NCBI GenBank assembly: GCA_964036045.1
Contig: OZ038378.1
Coordinates: forward strand, 10,292,001 to 10,356,000
DNA: 64,000 nucleotides
Source: Eutreptiella sp. 'Long Island Sound 2002'
Lineage: Eukaryota; Protista; Euglenida
Direction of reading: 5' to 3'
A model generated the notes under the pieces. It did not search any database. It saw only the letters and a list, made by a program, of their open reading frames with translations, and was not told where the DNA came from. Positions 61,901 through 64,000 of the stretch are shown here, in pieces (position 1 is the first letter of the stretch; each line of letters opens with the position of its first letter). The translations under genes and the position numbers were made by a program.

Positions 61901-63425
61901 AGTCCGCTCGGCTTTGGAACCGGAAAGTCAGGTTGTTCAGCCTCGCCGTCAGGGAGGGGAGGACGCCCAGGCCCAAGACGCTGCTCCTGCATGACGCCTT
62001 GTCCTGTCCCAACCCAACCCAACCCCCGACCTCCGTGGTGCATAGCAGACCGGGAGGGCGTGCTGTGGGTAACACGCGATCTGTCACACACCCACCCTCC
62101 CCCGCTGCACAACGTTGTGTATTTGTCTGCTTACCTACACCACAGCGTTCGTCTGCTTACCTACGCCACAGCGGCCCTGACAGCCCTCCATCATCAGCTT
62201 AGCCGCCACCACGGCGTAAACAATCCTTGTGCTCACGCCACTTCGGTTGCACCACCGATGCGGTGGAGGTCGGCAGCAGGTACTGTCCTGTTCATCGGCC
62301 GTCAATCGTGGCAGCTTTAAGGAGGAAAAGCCTTCAGGACCCCTACAGCACTACCCCCTATGAAGCACCCATGCACAGAGCAATGCCGGACCCATGTACA
62401 CAAGTGTGGCCACTCCCAAGCCCTTTGCCCACCGTTACTCACGCCACGCCCGCCCCCCCAGGACCACCGCAGGTACCAAATCCATACGATCCATTGGGGC
62501 TCCCGCTCTGGGAACGGGGAGTTGTGCAGCTGTGGGGGGGAGGGGGGGGCAGGGGTAGTAGGCCCCCAAAACACTCTCCAGTGGGGCCCTTTGGCTGTGC
62601 ACAATGCAGACCATTGCACACCATTTGTCAAGTGTCAAAAGACCAGGAACATTACATCACCGCACACAAATCTTGGTATTGCACGAGCTTGTCTTCAAAC
62701 GGTGCCGACTTGGTGCCATGAACCATCCAAAGGGGGGTGGGTTTGCCACTTGTTAGTTGCGGTTCAACGCACTTTGGGTGTGTTTGGGAGAGGCGTGTCC
62801 CTGGGTTGTGGACGGCCGATGCTTTGGCGGTGCAGTGTCTGCTGCCTGCGGAACATTAGTCTCAGTTTTCGTCTGTGCTGACTGGACCCGGGGGGGGGGG
62901 GGGTCTCACGTGGGTGACCCTTCTCTAGTTTGGGGGGTCGTATAATCCAATGCACCAATGCCGAACGATCCAACAGCATTGCCCATTCAGCTGGACACAG
63001 GGCATAAGTGCTGGCATAGACGCAGGCAGGCGCAGCCGTCGCCACGCAGGCACGAGGCCCGTGGGGGTTGAACGGATGTGCCTGCCCGACCTTTATGCCT
63101 TGCCGGGCTGCGGCCTGTGGGCAGGGCATAGGGAAGGGCATAGTGGGTGCGCATGCGCACTGTGCTCGCACCACGCGCCTTCCGGAACACTCTTCTCAGG
63201 TGCGAAGGAGGTGAGATCAGCCAACACCCAATCGATGAGCAGCCGTAGGAGGGGGTTGCTCTAGCCCCGGGCACTCTTCGTTGGTGCCACAGGAAATGCC
63301 ATTCAGCCGGCAAGCACGGCTGCTGCGCACGCACTGCGGTGAGAGCCCTCGTGGGAAGAGAGCGTAGCAAAGGCTGCATGCCTGGGCCAGGGTGCAGGGG
63401 TAGGGGGCGAAGCACGCCGGAAGAC

Positions 63426-63478
63426 CTGATTGCAAACGCAATGGCCCCCTTCATCATCGTTTTTGTCACGTTGGGGTC
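63426..63478 (-). CDS. MCTP-like protein exon (DPNVTKTMMKGAIAFAI), most 5' exon in the window; gene continues beyond 64000
   Basis: Acceptor CTTTTGGATGACAG|GAC (phase 0, with an in-frame TGA just upstream), donor ATCAG|GTCTTC (phase 2), 53 nt. DP..T is like plant MCTP DPRAT. In frame with the exon at 58389. Confidence 0.6.
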
Positions 63479-63669
63479 CTGTCATCCAAAAGAGTGACGC
63501 GGCATGAGGCAAGTGGGGGCGCCGCAGGGCACAACGGGTGAGGCACCAGCAAGAGACCGCATGCAGCCGCAGCAACATGAGGGGACAAAACCAGAGACTA
63601 CCCACACAATGCCGTGCGTGATACCTTGACCCCTCCATTTACCACCGGGTCCTGACCAGTCACCCAGTG

Positions 63670-63730
63670 CAAGGGCGGTCCTTAACAGAGTAAAAAAAAA
63701 AGTTCTACTGCGCCGGAACTGGAGTGAGGT
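63670..63730 (+). mobile_element. Left end of a relative of the hAT MITE at 35053, truncated by the CCCTAA-flanked element
   Basis: CAAGGGCGGTCCTTAACAGAGTAAAAAAAAAAGTT vs CAGGGGTGTCCTTAACGGGAAAAAAAAAAGTGTT. Confidence 0.55.
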
Positions 63731-63743
63731 CCCCTATCCCTAA

Positions 63744-64000
63744 TCAAGACTCAATATTGGGACCGAGCTGGTGGGGGAGGGAACATCAGCTATGACTGGT
63801 GAGGGACATCAAGAATGTTTCAAACATTGATGGCTCTTGACAGAGTGAAATCACCTTGCAAGTGAACCCCATTGCCACGAGGCCCACTTTCAAGGCTTTT
63901 TGGACTTCTCAAGGGCCAAAATGGCCCAAAATGGGCTCAAAATGCGCTCATTGCACCCGTTTGTGCACCCCAAATGGTCTAGGATGAGGTCTGGGAAAAT
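63744..64000 (-). mobile_element. TTAGGG-flanked element, copy 4 (inverted; right end only, runs off the window)
   Basis: CCCCTAT CCCTAA|TCAAGACTCAATATTGGGACCGAGCTGGTGGGGGAGGGAACATCAGCTATGA... is the reverse complement of the right ~250 bp of copy 1. Confidence 0.9.

Noticed and set aside
61991-62320. Possible second APE endonuclease fragment (VVYLSAYLHHS..AALTALHHQL)
   Set aside because: It lacks the GDxN and DH motifs, so the similarity is too weak.

Overview
Repeat-rich eukaryotic genomic DNA with large GT-AG introns, long G/C homopolymers, (CA)n tracts and internal TTAGGG repeats. The style suggests a euglenid/euglenozoan nuclear genome (inference only). I could reconstruct three host genes, all on the minus strand. 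(1) A complete 3-exon class I alpha-1,2-mannosidase (GH47), complement(join(15957..16342,17488..18118,19679..20500)), 612 aa. (2) An intronless 279-aa ubiquitin-like + Ig-like protein (26593..27432). (3) The 3' part of an MCTP-like membrane protein with a C-terminal C2 domain: 6 exons, 744 nt of coding sequence spread over about 25 kb (38572..63478), with its 5' end beyond the window. The introns of gene 3 are filled with mobile DNA: a decayed ~6.5-kb APE-RT-RNase H non-LTR retrotransposon, and an apparently non-coding ~1.14-kb element family. That family is always joined to TTAGGG repeats at GGG^TTA, as three head-to-tail copies separated by single TTAGGG units plus a fourth inverted copy. 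It is the most striking feature of the window. Also present are a hAT-type MITE with an 8-bp TSD, two TA-flanked MITEs, four relics of a Harbinger/ISL2EU-like DDE transposase with a C-terminal zinc finger, and several mini- and microsatellites. No rRNA, intact tRNA or CRISPR array was found. All alignments and splice models were done by eye.
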